DNA of 64,000 nucleotides from Perkinsus chesapeaki ATCC PRA-425 (GCA_013115145.1 JAAPAO010000002.1:198042-262041); one strand, 5' to 3'. Shown: positions 39,536 to 53,243, counted from the stretch's first letter. Notes: generated by a model from the letters alone, not told the origin. Program-made: numbers and translations.

Positions 39536-41120
39536 CTACCTGAGACAACACAGCAACTCCAAACACGATATATCTGAAGTGAATCCAGCAGCTCGCACCC
39601 AAGCTATCGGGGAGATCCAATCATGGCTTATGAGATCAGTCGCCGTAGGACGCTGCAATGGGTTCCTAGTGAGTGCGCCTTCAACGAAGCTACAAACGTG
39701 TTTCGGGAATCTGAACAGTGAACAGCGCTTCATAGGTACGTTCGACCCGAATGGACCCGGGCATTCCACAATGAATTAAACTTTACATAATATCACTGAA
39801 AATGTAGGGGCTTTCATACTTGCTCTTATCCAAATGCGGTGCAGGCTGATGACAGAGTGAATCATACAGGACGATGAATCCACGACTAGCTGAGAATGGA
39901 TTAACGCCAGTAAGTAACTCGTATGCGACTACTCCAAGAGACCTATAAAAACTTTAAAGACAATACAAGACATACTCATAACCGCACCAGATGTCCGCAG
40001 AGTAGGTGTAGTCTTCACCCGCAGCTCGTTCAGGGGACATATACAGTGCTGTGCCTAAGAAAATTACAAGCGCTCGAAGACTTCATATAAGGAATGCACA
40101 AACCAATGAACGTGGTGCAAATTCCAACGGTTGATGTGAGGTCCTTGGAAATTCCAAGATCCGTCAATTTAACCTAAGGTCAATAACTCCAAACTCCCTC
40201 AGTTAACAGCAAGTACTTCTCCAGCAGAGTTCACTAGGATGTTCTCCGGTTTGATATCTCGGTGGACAGAGTGATTCGAGTGGAGGAACCTATTAACGTA
40301 GCATAAGCCTAGAGTTGCTGCCACAGCGATAATGGAACATTACTTCAGACCCTCTAGAACCTGCCATACGACGATGGCGGTATTAGACTCAGGCCAAACT
40401 TTCCCAGGTAGATGTTTGGTTATGTCCGCTAGAGAGCCCTTATCCATGAGTTCCATGGCAACATTGACCTATCGGAGTGGGCAGTTTGCAGCGACATCCG
40501 CGTCGAAGCTAGTATTACATAGACACTACCAGGAAGCGAGTACGCCGCAAACAAACGAACAATGTAATCGCAGCTTTGTGCACGCAAAAGCGCCTGAAAC
40601 AGGTATATGAATACATCAGTATCATTGAAGCGTTAATGACCCTTAAATCATTCATAACCTGGTCTCTCCGGGTTTTGTCGTCAGTTCTAACAGTCTTGAT
40701 TGCTAACAATGTATCTGTCAAGCCTTTACCTATTCGCTAATAGCTACATTTCCATGAGAAGTAGTACCCGAAGGCCTGTGTACTCCCTTGATGACAACCC
40801 CAGATGCCCCCCGCCCAAGCAGGGGTTCCGAATCATCTGTCTGAGCAACGTTTAACAGATACCCTTGCAACAAGGAGCTCTTATGAAATCACCTCGATTT
40901 CTCTCGGGTCTATAGTAAGCGTGTCATCAGAGCCAGGCAATCCAGCTATATCGATGTTCAATCCAGTAGCTTCGTGATGAATAGATCCGTTCTTGTCCCT
41001 GATTGAGCCCAGCTGGTCATGCTCTCGTCCCGCTAGCTATCACTACACACGCCAAGTTGTTGATAAAGCATCTGCCAATGTGGTGTCATCGAGTTGAGGG
41101 ATAACCGGGCGGCGAGGCAT
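39536..41120 (-). CDS. MAP kinase kinase (STE7/MEK family)
   Basis: N-terminal docking-like MPRRPVIPQL; GRGASGVV; LAIKTV; HRDIKPENILVN; TDLGISKDL; TTFIGTALYMSPER; YSADIW; RPTATDLISHDWI. Confidence 0.88.
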
Positions 41121-41367
41121 ATGAGCTGCTGGTGAGATGGCACAATCAATAAACACACAATCTGAAAGGCAAGGCGCTATAGCCACACTGGCACCATACC
41201 GAAGAAAAGATAGAAGCTAAAACGTGCAAAACCGCCGATTCGACGCGAAGACGTGAAAAGCTGATACAACGAATAACGAAACAGAGGAAGAAGGCGCAAC
41301 TTAAGAAACTCAATTATATCAATGTGAGGTAGCTCAATACTATACGCAAAAATAGTCTAGCAGCATT

Positions 41368-43997
41368 TCAAACAAGTTCCTGCGGGATATCCGCCAAATC
41401 GCGGTCAGCGCTCGCCCAGTCTGAATCTTCTTCGTAGTCGCCCGTGCTGGCGCGTTCCTTGACTTTGAACAGAGGCGCCCTTTCACTAGAATACCTAAGA
41501 ATCCTGGCTATATTACAAAGAGGACTCCAAAGCATCATTACCGGTGGTCAAAATCTCCCCCATCATCTGTAGTGGGTTCATAGTTATGCAGTTCTGAGCC
41601 CCCTCTATGCAAGGCTACCATCCTGTACTGTGATGGCCGCCCTGCCTCAATATCAGCTTGGTTCGCTCGCCGAAGCCGTTCCCGGTGTAAGAGTTTGCGT
41701 CCCTAGTATTCATGCTGAAAGCGTCGACAACACAAGTGAGGGTGTGTTACCTCCTCCACAGTCGTCGCGTCCGCTTGAAGACCACTCCCTTCAAACTCGA
41801 ACGTGGAGGACAAGCCGAGAGCCCGAACGAGACGATGATACGTGTTGGTCAGTTGAAGAAGAGAGAAAACCTACCAAATGAAAAAATTACGAGCTTTGGG
41901 TAAGCCGCTAGCGCACCATAACAAGGAGAGGGAAGTATGTGACGAATTGCTGGCCAATTATTGGTGCTGCTGATATAGGTGTTCCAAACATCCGACCTGA
42001 ATAAGAGAATATTTCGTGTTATTTGCAGCGGTATTTACCAAACGATGTGGCAGAGTCCGGAATCCGCAGCAGTTTGAGATAGTTATAGGCGACAGGGAAG
42101 CCAAGCCGCGTGACCATGGAGGCGCACCAAAGCAACGACGCACTGGAGAATCACAAAGAGTTGTACGAGCAAGCCTACGCAGGGTAGTAAATTTACCTAT
42201 CAGTATGGTTGTGGGTGTATAAGCCATACGTCCCTGCCACCTTGACTTTAAATAAGGACCAGTAACAACAGCCAGCTACGTAAAGGAGAGGAAGACCAAC
42301 CCCGATCTGCCCTAATGCTGCGATATACACGGGAGGGACATAACCATCTGACTAGCCATAACAAAACTTTCTTCTCATCCCAATACCTTTTTGAACTATA
42401 CCAAGGGCCCATAACAGCTCATTATAACCAACAGCGAGCAAACTCGACCACTTTGAGTCCCAAAACATGGTGGCCTGATGAAGACAACGAAGTTCCCGTA
42501 GAAGTCACGGCTACTGATGAGAGAGAGATCCTATTGAACACGCACCTGGCCAATGACGATCCCTATACTCATAACAGCGCACATGAACGCAGCCACGCGT
42601 GCCAGATACGATCCCAATGAGTGGCCAGAAAGCACCTACTCGATAAGTTGAAAGGCTTGGTACTATTGACGAACAAAGGAATGCTTCAGTCGTTGCATAA
42701 CGCCATGCTGGACTGGATAGTCTGTGCTGTGAAGCGCCATACGGTCTTCCAGAGCACATCCTGTGTCAACCAGATCTGACCACCTAAATTTGAGGCATAG
42801 CTAGTTGTGGTTACAGTACGATATCCTCGACGCGATAGTTCTCGCTATAGCTAATACGACCCTACCTGTGCTGACTCCTTCTCGCCTCCGCTAGGGCCTG
42901 CGATAGCTCTAGATCCTCTTTTGAAGGGACTGAGCTCACCAGCGCTAGATTCATTGGTATCAATGGTGTGCCTGTCTTCCGCATTAGCAGTACGATTCGC
43001 CACTGCCGAACGGCATACCTTCCGTATCACCATCTGCAAACTCGGAGACAACCTCGTCATGCCCATCTTCGAAATTTACAGCAACTCCGAGAAATTCCCC
43101 AGCCTCCCGGATCTGAAAGAGCACGCAGAGCTACTGGGAAGCGAAAAGATAGATCATTCCTCCATTTGTAATCAAATATACTACAATTGAAACTCATTAA
43201 CACTTAGCTATATGATTTTACGCGTCGCACAGCTCCCACAATTAGTGATAACTCTATATCCCCGATGAGGTATGTTTTATTACTAGCTCTTTTGAAGCAC
43301 CTCCTCCCGTTCTTTGGACTTCGCTACGATAGTGATTAAAAACATCCATCAACTCGAACTTGGCCGAAAGTCTTGCCTGACACAGCAACGAGATTTCACA
43401 CCGAAATTTTCATCCCCCAACTACGTCTTCCGCAGCGACCGCCTGAGCATAGATAGCCTCCAAATGTCGTCTGTCATATGACAGCACATTTAGCCATTGC
43501 GGAACAGCTACCAAGCCATATCCCAGCAGCAAAGTGACTAGTACCAAACCCCAAGCATTGGAAGCAGCATAAACAAATCCAACAATTGCCTCTAGACCGA
43601 GCCGTTGCTCGTACCATAGATAGACCAGCACCAAGAGACCCGCAATGGCATATGCCAGATACCAGAGCGCATTGTTCCGAAGGGCCTTCTTAAGGGAATG
43701 TGTAGATTCGTATTCAATCATGATTGGATAGGCAACCCAGCAGAGACAGAAGGAGACCCAGTAAACCCTGCTCCAAGACTCCGAAAGAGTTTCTGTGTGT
43801 TCGTTCGTTCTGGAATAGCAAATATCATAGGGAAGTAAAACCAATGTCACAACTACTAGGGCCATACCGCAGTAGACTGCAATGAACTGGAATAAACTTG
43901 TCCTTTTGCTTGCATAGTTACATAGGGCCCTGAAACCCCACAAAAGAGATACTCCCAGTATACTAAGTGGGAGAATTAAGGACTGCTCCACTGCCAT
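41368..43997 (-). CDS. LMBR1-family multi-pass membrane protein (LMBRD2-like)
   Basis: LVLLPYDI, WSRVYWVSFCLCWVAYP...EY, KKALRNNALWY, AASNAWGLVLVTLLLGYGLVAVPQWL and later QFVTYFPLLVM. The 3' end is approximate. Confidence 0.85.
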
Positions 43998-44065
43998 TAG
44001 CCAAAGAGGAGAGTCAAAAACATGCTATCACCGAAATCATGAACGGGCACTTGCCATAACACTTA

Positions 44066-44089
44066 TCATGACGTCATGACTCATGACTC
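44066..44089. promoter_or_regulatory. overlapping CRE-like (ATGACGTCAT) and AP-1/GCN4-like (ATGACTCAT) palindromes
   Basis: TCATGACGTCATGACTCATGACTC lies about 70 bp upstream of the LMBR1-family start codon. Function is inferred. Confidence 0.35.
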
Positions 44090-44658
44090 GTGGAAGCTAT
44101 GAAAAGGGGATATCCCGGTCACAGAATAGGCAACCCTTGTCACGAAGTTTAGGTGGCCTAAATTGAACGTTCCCAGTTTTATAACAGTCCCCTAAGGCTA
44201 CGTAAAGACTTATCCCCAGCTACAGGCGCCAAGACGGCTTCGAACAATAATAACGGCAACATTCAATTCAAGGACCGTCCGCGTCGAGATATCGAATTCG
44301 CATCTTACCTGTATCGCTCCGCCGACCTCCGATGCATGTTTCGCACATTTCAATCCAGGTGTGGATCCGCAACAATCAGAAGAGGGATATAAGTCCAGCG
44401 TGGCAGTGAAGAGTTGCCCACATTTTGGGCCCCACAAATCAGTGACGATAAAGCGTGGTCCACGCTGCGTGGATTAGTTTCGAGTATTAATGTCACCCGG
44501 CGAGATGTTGTGCCACCTTTATTATTGCTAATTCACTACCGTTTATTCTGGGTCGGTTCCAGGCGAAATTCCCGCTGCGGCTGTGGATGCAGACCGGACC
44601 GAAGTTGCTCGAAACTTGAGTCTCAATCTTACGAGAACAAATTTCCGAGCAAAATTGT

Positions 44659-47600
44659 ATGGAGCACAAAGAACTGTGCGGATTGTGTGGAACCGCGTCG
44701 TTGTTTGTAGATTTGGGTATTCCGCCTATAGCCGAGGATTTGTCTACACTAATGCCATTCGGCTTGTGGTCCAAATCAAGCTCATCTGTGTCGTCGGCGT
44801 CATCGTCGAGCGGATCACACCACCATCACCGGCATCATGGGTCCAAGAGTCATCGCCATAACCGATCTCAGAGCTATCCGTCTGCCAACGATGGAGAGGT
44901 CCAAGAGAGGGGAATGAAGGCCGCGGATAACAATAATAAAGAGAACGAAGAAGACGCCGTGCTTTCGAAAATTGATCCCAAAGCTAAGAAAGGAAGTAAT
45001 GCAGGGCTGGTTTACGAGATCCGTTGGGAACGTTTGGGTTACCCGGTACCACTGGAACCCAGACGCCGGATTTTTGTCAGTGTGTGATCCTGAGATCTAT
45101 GGAGTTCTACATTGTGTGGCTTCGTTGAGTAGACATTGTACAGAAAGACTATTCTTGCCGGAATTGCATCCTCTCTTATCTCGGGTTATCGCATCATGAC
45201 ACAGAGGCGTCGTAGGTACAGTGGTAGAGTCTGACTCCGACGAACTTTACGAAAAGGAGTATCTTAACTCATTGAAGCATAAATCTAGTCGCGCCAGTAA
45301 GAACAAGAGGATCTGTATCTTTGTATCGTTAACAATAGGCTATGTCGGTGGAGCTGCCACTGGAGCCGCTGCTGCAGTTGGAACGTTCGTGGTACTAAAG
45401 AGCGCCGCGCTCGTTGATGCAAAAGAATACAGTATAGTGTTTTGCGTCGCAGGTATTTGCTTCACCTCTGGCCGTGGCGGGAGCTGCCGCCATCGGGGCT
45501 GGTGGTGCTTGGAAACTCCTCCGGGATAAAGGGAAGCGAGAAGTTAAAGCGGTACAGCGCCGGTGTGTTTCTCTGTCTAAGGATGCGTACTTAGGCGGAA
45601 GGAACTATGAAGTCAGGAGACCACTCGGTTGATGTCACTCAGACTATGCTGGGCGCATCTGGCAGCGAAGCTGCGGGTAAATCCCAGAGTAATAAACAGG
45701 AATTTTTATGGGATTCTAGCGATGACGGACGTTCGCAGGTTACTTCACACTTTCTGGCAAATCTGCCAATGAGCTTGACGAGTTCCTTGCTGGAGGGAAA
45801 CCAAGTAGGATCAGTTTCGGTACTTTTGAGAGGCATTGTTGTTATCAGGCCTCAAGCGACTCAAGTTCTTGGTTTCGTGGGCGCGATTACAGGTCGAGGA
45901 TTCTCTGCCTACCATGGAATCGGCTCGTAGGTTCCACGGGGACTTCTACACTTCCTATGAACGCACAGGAATTCGGTTTCTTAGTCAATTCTGGCGACAG
46001 CGCTCGCATAAGTACTCAATGTGCGAAGTTAATGGCAGCGTTGGACGAGGTCATAGGGTCGTTTTCTCCATGGGTACAGCAACAATACGTTGCGCGAGCT
46101 GAGAAGGATAAAGTAGTCAACGGCCGACTAACTTTGTCGGTAAATGTCTACGTCAGGGCAAACGTCATCGAGAGTTTACGCTGATTTGCCTCCATGTAAA
46201 CCCGCTTTACAGGTTCCTTGCGCATGATTCAGTCAACAAGGTAGGTTTACCTATTTCTTACGATACATTCGATCATTCTGACTTTCAGGCATTTACTTTC
46301 TGTAATACAGAATTTTTGGAACAGTGGGATAACGGGACGGTGGATCCCGAAGTGATGATTCAGAGGTGAGTCGTTGACCTAGGACCCGGTTAGTCGGATA
46401 TTTCGTAATAGGTGCCGTGGAACATTTCCAACCATAGTCGAAACTGTCGGTCTAATTCGCAGTCATCCAGTCACAAAAGGTACCAATCTTCAGAAAGCCG
46501 TTAAATTGAGATGCTTTTCGCCTGTAGGTCAAAAAGACACGGAACTGATGACATCTTCGGAGCAAGGAGAGCACAGGCTCACCGCCACAGTGTTCTGGAT
46601 ATCACAATTCTTGAGAAGGTATTTTTTTAGTAGAGGGGCTCCAACTTTGCCACTTTCAGACCTGATGTCCAGGAGTTCCTATCCGGTGCCATGATGCGAA
46701 ACACCCGTACGATGGCTTCTCGGAGGAAGACGTCGATGAAGGGTGAGCAATCAGGTTGGCACCGTCAGCATCGCAGTGGTTACTGTAGCAGGCTCAGTGT
46801 CCCAGTCCTCACGCGCTGAAGCTGTGAAGGATGCGGACCAAGCCAACGTCTCACCTGAAGGGAACGTAGTCAGCGAGGCTCCCACTACACCCGAGAGCTC
46901 AGAGGAAGAGGGCACCTCAACGATAGAGTTCCCGCCTCTAGGTAATACACGCAAGTCGTATAATCGTACTCGTCGAAATGCTAACTTAGCATTGCTAAGC
47001 AGCATAAACTTCCGTCTTAATCGCTCCTTGCGATGCCTTTGGCCTTTTTCGTAGGCGCTGAACTCGAAATGGATGAGGATGCGTTCTACTCGGCATCAGA
47101 GGGAGAGTCGTCGGACGAAGCAGGTAGCAGACTCGCTGGAAAGGGGAAAGTATTGCGGAAAAAACTTGATAGTGGTAACACTTGCTGGTGGATAGTTACC
47201 CTCCTATTGCCGTACTTCATTTCAGTCGAAGCACAGCCGCCAGCAGGACTGGGCCTGGAGTTATATGGCGCGTCCACAAGGGACTCTGTTATGAGCGACA
47301 AGATTCGTCCAATTTACAGTACGGACGAGAACGAGATTAACTCTTGGTAGTGGAGTGTATTGCAGGGTGATTAGGGCTCTGCTGGGGGTTATCGCGTTTT
47401 TTCTTCAGGAGTGAGATTGATTGCACGGAATTTAAAGTGAGAGGTCATACGTACCTAACAGACAAGGTGAAACATCCTAGCGAGTCGGCTTTGATGGAGA
47501 CCGGTACTAGTCGGGGGAGGTATGATGTGAAATCACTGTCCGAAGCGGATTCAAAGTACCTATTCGCGGGCTACCATTTTTGACTTGGATATATTTGGGC

Positions 47601-48693
47601 GGTCACGGGTATTGTTCAGTAGAATGGGTAGTGCTGCAGTGTATCGATTTCTTGTATCTCGGGAGAAATCGCATGTTGTTCGAGCATTCAACTGAGTTCC
47701 TACACTCTCGTTTGTTAGTCTCATTTGAACTGTTCTTCTGCGATGACGGTGAAGTGGTATGTGCTTCTACGGAACCCCACTGCAAGGCCTACTGGTTGCT
47801 GAAGGAGAATCCTAATTGGTAGGGCTTTGGACTCCTTCCTGCCAGTAATATCTCCTCCAGCTTCTTCTTTACTGTTAACTGGAGGATGGCGCCGTTCCAT
47901 TGCACCAATACTTTCATGGTCAACAAGAACGCGCCGTGGCTGCAGTCTGAGACGGATGAAGTAATGATAATGGGAGGCTCCTCGTTGATTAGTTCCTTCC
48001 GAGTGTGATTGTTTCAAGTCGACGATCCGCGAAATAACGTGTGTGAGAAGATAGCTTGAGTGGGTATATCCCACGGGAGAACTCTTAGAACTAGAAATTT
48101 CTCTTAGAAGGCTTTCAAAAGTCTTTCATTTGATTTTCAGCCCTATGGAATCCTCATGCAGCGGTTCTTGGGTATGGATGATGAGGAGCGCAACGGTCGT
48201 CTGAAGGTTATCCCTTCCGTGGCTGAGGGTCCGTGGATCGTTAAGAAGGTAGTCTATTGGAAGGTTTACGTAAGCAGGCAAGGCATTCTGACTTGTATTT
48301 AGGCAGTGGGGCAAACTCCTGCTATCATCGGCCGAAAGCTTACTACAACACATTTCACTGGCGACCGTTTCGTTGAAGTATCGGTCGACGTTTTCTCGAG
48401 TGCTGCAGCTAGGCACATGATGTCACTGGTCCGTAACTTATGCCTCTTTCAAAATGACTACTTCTGTTAGGTTGTCGGTGCTGCCAAGAAGCTTGTAATT
48501 GATGTCGGGTTCGTGCTGGAAGGCCATTCCGAGGTACTTGTCTGGGTTCAACGGTCTTTTCATGTATCTTACTTAGGACGAGCTTCCGGAGCGGCTGTTG
48601 GGCGGATTCCGCCTGAGAAAGGCAGACCTCGTAACGTGTCGACGATTCAAGCGAGAAGAGACGGAGAGCGACGCCAGTCGGAACTCGGCATGA
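44659..48693 (+). CDS. protein with a C-terminal DUF1336 (EDR2 C-terminal) domain; the 5' part may be a separate gene
   Basis: FKVRGHTYLTDKVK, FFTVNWRM, GPWIVKK|AVGQTPAIIGRKL, FVEVSVDVFSSAAA, AKKLVIDVGFVLEG and DELPERLLGGFRL. The upstream exons (His/Ser-rich, Gly/Ala hydrophobic stretch) cannot be linked with certainty. Confidence 0.75.
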
Positions 48694-48975
48694 TTCATCA
48701 TATTGCATTGTTAGCCTGTTTGGCAGTGGCCGGTTTGTTATGCCAGTGTCACGTTTTTTCAAGGCGTTTGTTCTTCTCCCTTGAGGGTCTTTTGCCGCTT
48801 TTGAGTTTGCTGTGCGCTCGTTTGTGTAAACATCATACTGTATGCATTTGTCTGTCCACCGGGGATTCCATACAAAATTGCCTTTCTCTCAAAGCGGGTA
48901 TGCTTGCGTTTGAGTGCTAAAGAATGGCCTCTGAGTGATCCGAGCTAGGGTTTGCCCACAGGGTCGTATCTTCCC

Positions 48976-50831
48976 ATGTCTTCGCCTTCCACCGACCCCA
49001 GCGAGATTCCCACCGATCTCGAACAGAACGAGGAACCGTCGGTTATCACACAGGTAACCTGAGTCCAGCTGCAGATATATTGATCTAGTTTTATAAGGTC
49101 GAAGGAGTCTTCACCACGAAACTGCCGGAGCAGTACCACATACCTGATGATCCCATCGTACTCGAAGGATCCCTGTCGCGCTCTGGTATATGTCTTTCTT
49201 CCAATATACGTTCGCAATTGTCGTTGCTATGTAGGTCTCTCGTCTATGTTGAATGATCTCCTGTCATTGGACGAGCCAGCTGTTTTCGACTTCATTGTCA
49301 ACGGGCAGTTCCTGCGGACTAGCCTTGCCGACTTCTACAGCCAGAACGGTCTCTCCAGTGAAGTCGCATGCAAGATAGAGTGCGCTGGAGTTAACCTTAC
49401 TATCTGGAACTTGACGAACTTCACTTCAGATATGTTCTCGCTATGCCCGAGCCGGAGACCTCTGAGGTCACTCAAGAGGAGGAATGGCTCTCGTGCGTTG
49501 AGATTGTTGGAGGGGCGGATTCTCGGTTCTATGCTACTGGGTCAATGAAAGGTAGGAATAAAACACCGTCCAATCGTGCCCAGCCTTTCCATAGGTTCCT
49601 GGAGCTTGTACGCTGGTGAAGGTCATCATAAGCTCTTTGGGCAGCGGGACTCCGACGCGTCAGTGCTGTCCCTCGCTGGGCTTGACGATGTTATTGCTAC
49701 TGGTACACATACTTGGGAGTCCCACATTTCCGCACTTGCTTCTGCCTTAGGCAGCCGGGATGGCCTAGTTCGATTCTACTCTCTTGCGGATAACAAGAAG
49801 TCATCGAAGCTCATGTCCAGTGCGAATAACGGGATTAAAGGAGGGTAACTATCACTGCAGTTAACATAGCCATTGATGAGAACTGTGCTCTCTAGGATCG
49901 CGGCTGTGACGGCGCTCACCATTTCATCTGATGGAAGTATCGTGGTGGCTGGTGATGCCGGGGGTCTCCTAGCCTTGTATAACGTTCCCAGCGGTAAGTG
50001 CAAAAGCACTCGGTTCTCATACTGCAGTGCATTCCGTTCTTTCAGATTCGTCTCGTGATATTACTGGGCCTAGGGCCGTTTTTGCCGATCACCACATGGA
50101 AGACTGTGGAGTGACTAGGTATGCGATGATAAATTGCCCAGCTCGCTATCTTGGTGGCACTTAGATTGGTCAAGCTTGATGCAGAGACCGTCATGTCATC
50201 TTCCCTTGATAACACGTTGGCTCTCTGGGATATCTTAGCAGTTAAGCGCAAGGCAGTTCTTCCCTGTGCAAGGTAAGCGTATCGAATTGTCGGTGACGAA
50301 GTCAACGGTACCGCGGCGTTTGATACCTTTGCGATTTTGGCGTTCGTAAGGTATCGACCTTTTTAGAGCCGCCACCGCCCTAGCGGTATCCAACAACAAG
50401 AAGGTAGTCTGCACTGGCCATGATGATGGTCGTGTCGCTTACTGGGACCTACGTACTGCCCGAGAGGAGCTTGAACTCATACAGCAGTATAGGACACATG
50501 AGCGTCTAATTACGGGGGTTGGTTGCTATGGCAAATTGATGATTGATTGCGTCTCTGTTAGGTATCATGGAACCCGTCAAGTGCTTACTTGGTGGCTACT
50601 AGTTCTCTCGATGGCACTGTGCGTCTCTACGATTCGCGCTCAGCCCGCCTCCCGCTTCAGCGCTGTGACATGCCCCAAGATGTAGCAGTAACCGGATGCG
50701 CCTGGCTCGATGACAAGGTACATGAAACTTCGATCAGTTCATGCTTCATTCTTCCTTCTTAGGTTATCCTATCCTCTGGCTCGGATGGTAAAGTGAGGAC
50801 ACACATGATCAACCCCTCCTTGGTTGACTAG
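48976..50831 (+). CDS. WDR12: ribosome biogenesis WD40 protein YTM1/WDR12
   Basis: NLE domain (FTTKLPEQYHIP...GLSSMLNDLL...FDFIVNGQFLRTSL), EWLSCV, several WD-type repeats (WKTVE, TLALWDI, VAYWDLRTA, HERLI, GTVRLYDSRSARLPL), ending VLWLDDKVILSSGSDGKV-type strand. Confidence 0.88.
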
Positions 50832-50947
50832 TCGACAAGGTGGTGCCGATGGAAGGCATAACGTCATTCAAACGTACATTCCTGGATTACCAAAGGAGGT
50901 TTCTTATCAATTTCCCAACTGCTTAGTTTGTTCAGTATTACAGAGAT

Positions 50948-53086
50948 ATGGCGAGGGAATGGGATGAGTAACTTAGTACTATATTGAGCCTTTTATGGAA
51001 ACAACAGCCTTCAGGGATTTTGAGTGCGCCTTCGATGAGACAGACGTTATTGTCTTAGATAGCGGGTCCGGGTTTACCAAGGCCGGCTTTAGTGGTTGTG
51101 AGGTCCCAGCTCGAGTTGTGCCAACGATTGCATTTCACGATACGATTCCTCGGGGGGGTAAGCTCGCCTCCTAGGCAGGCTTGAGGTTTCCTATCAGATT
51201 CTTTCGATGCCAACGTAGGAGTTAGTGCGCATACGAATATTAGTAGCCGGGCAAGCACTGCTAACGACCAACGCGTGAAACTCTACGGCAACGATGCCTT
51301 GGAAGCCTTCACCAGCAGTAACCAGGCGCAACCTATCAGGTTCGCCCGTCTCAAAATCGGATCATATTCTCGGTTCCTAGACCGGTATTGCGCGGAGAAA
51401 TAGTGGACAAGGAAGACTTGGAGGGGTTATGGAGCCACATTCTGAAGAAAATAGTTAGGGGCTCCAAATGGGGCCGTGACGGTAAACTTTTCCCCGGTCG
51501 CTGGTACATATAACTGGCTGTATGAAGGTGAGGTATCACTAGAAGGTTTTCCAGTATTGCTGGCGGATTGCCCCTCGAGCTCAGCTGTTGCAACGGCTAG
51601 TAACCAGCCTCTAGTGGGGGTTGGTGGCAATAGCTTCACGCGAGCGTGGATGGCGGAAGTAATTGCAGAGAATAGGGCCGGTATCAAAGAGCATGTTCTT
51701 CATAGGTTATGTTTGAGAAGTTTAGGGCACCGGCTGTAGCTGTTGTCAACACAGCGGCACTATCTCTTTTCTCAACGGGCGTGCCCACTGGACTGGTCAT
51801 TGATATTGGTGAAGGGGTAGCTAAACCTCACTAAGGCTCATTTATCGCTTTGGAACTCCAGGTTACACATGCCACGCCCGTTTTCCAAGGATTTGCTATC
51901 CCCCATGCAACCTTCCGATTGGACAGAGCGGGTAATATTCTTGAATCGAGTATTCGGTTCAGACCATCTCAGGCATGGATGTCACTGAGCATCTTCGTCA
52001 TCTCATTTCACAGCGGCAGCCAGCCCTTGCAGAGAAGGTTGGGAAGATCTCGAAACCTGGTGGTGATTACCTCATTTACACTGACATGAAGGAGAGGTTT
52101 TGCCGAGTGAATCAACCCTTCCGCACTCTGGAGGCGATTTATTCCGCTTTCAGGTCAGGATGGCTCGGCATAATGGGCAAGAAGGTAACAGCCAGAAAAC
52201 TGACATGTCACCAACTGTAGTATCGCATTTTGTGATACTCCACTATAGTGAATTCTACACATTAGACTGATTCGTTGTTGGGGAGTAACGCCGGCCACTT
52301 TGAGCTACCAGATGGCAGTGTAGTTCAAATCGATGGACAAAGTTGCACTGAAGCTCCAGAGATGTATAGTCGCCACTTTTAGGCCCTGTAAAAGATGTTG
52401 GTATGCTTCAGTCTATTCGATACTGAAGACTCTCTGCAAACAGAGAACGATGTGATCTTCAATAGCAGAGGAGGCGGTAGCCTCACTCAATTATGCCAAG
52501 CGGTTCTCCACGCAGTAGACCCAGAGATCGTGTGAGGCAGTTCTTCTATAGTCTGTCTCATGATCTGATATAACAGGCCCGATCTGCTCGATAATATCTA
52601 TGTATCAGGCGGCTCGGCAATGTTGCCGGGTATCGCTCAGCGCTTGGAGAATGACTTGAATGCTCTTGGCTTTTCGCACGACCACAAACCGGTGAAGGTG
52701 AAGCTTGATTCCCAGCGGAGGTAATTGCCTACTAGAAAGTAGCCTCCCGCACGCTCTGCCCTGTCTCAGTATCACCCGTGTACTGCTTGTAGACACTGTC
52801 TCCTAGTTGATTCTACATTAGCATTCCACGCTATAAGTTATTTATCCACTCTTTGGACTTCACACATTAGTGTGAGTGATAGCCATCAATCTACTGCGCT
52901 CTACTCGGGTTTAGAGGCTCAAGTGCCTGGAAGCAATGTGGCTCTCATATTAGATACGCTGCGTGGGTGGGTGGCTCCATGTTGGCATCGATGAGCACAT
53001 TTTTGGATCACATGTGTGTCACGCGCAAGGAGTATGAGGAAGATCGGCATCATCTGCGGAGAACACTAGCCAAGAAGACTTTCTGA
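50948..53086 (+). CDS. divergent actin-related protein
   Basis: IVLDSGSGFTKAGFSG, PVLLADCP, MFEKFRAPA, LSLFSTGVPTGLVIDIGEG, VTHATPVFQGFAIPHA, FELPDG, NIYVSGGSAMLPGIAQRLE, WVGGSMLASM. This is the actin fold, but too divergent for conventional actin. Confidence 0.9.
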
Positions 53087-53243
53087 ATATGGGACATGTC
53101 ATGCTCTATTGTGAGAATGCTTCTTTAAACACAAGAAGTTTGCGTTATTCCTGGCATTCGAGCGCAAGGGCGCGGAAGCTAGGCGGCAATCGCCGGAAAG
53201 TTCCTTTGCTGCTAGGTCCCAGAGTTCGCCTCTTTTCTGTAAA

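Noticed and set aside
48945-49217. Minus-strand 90-aa ORF at the WDR12 start
   Set aside because: Antisense to the first exons of WDR12, whose NLE domain is recognisable on the plus strand.
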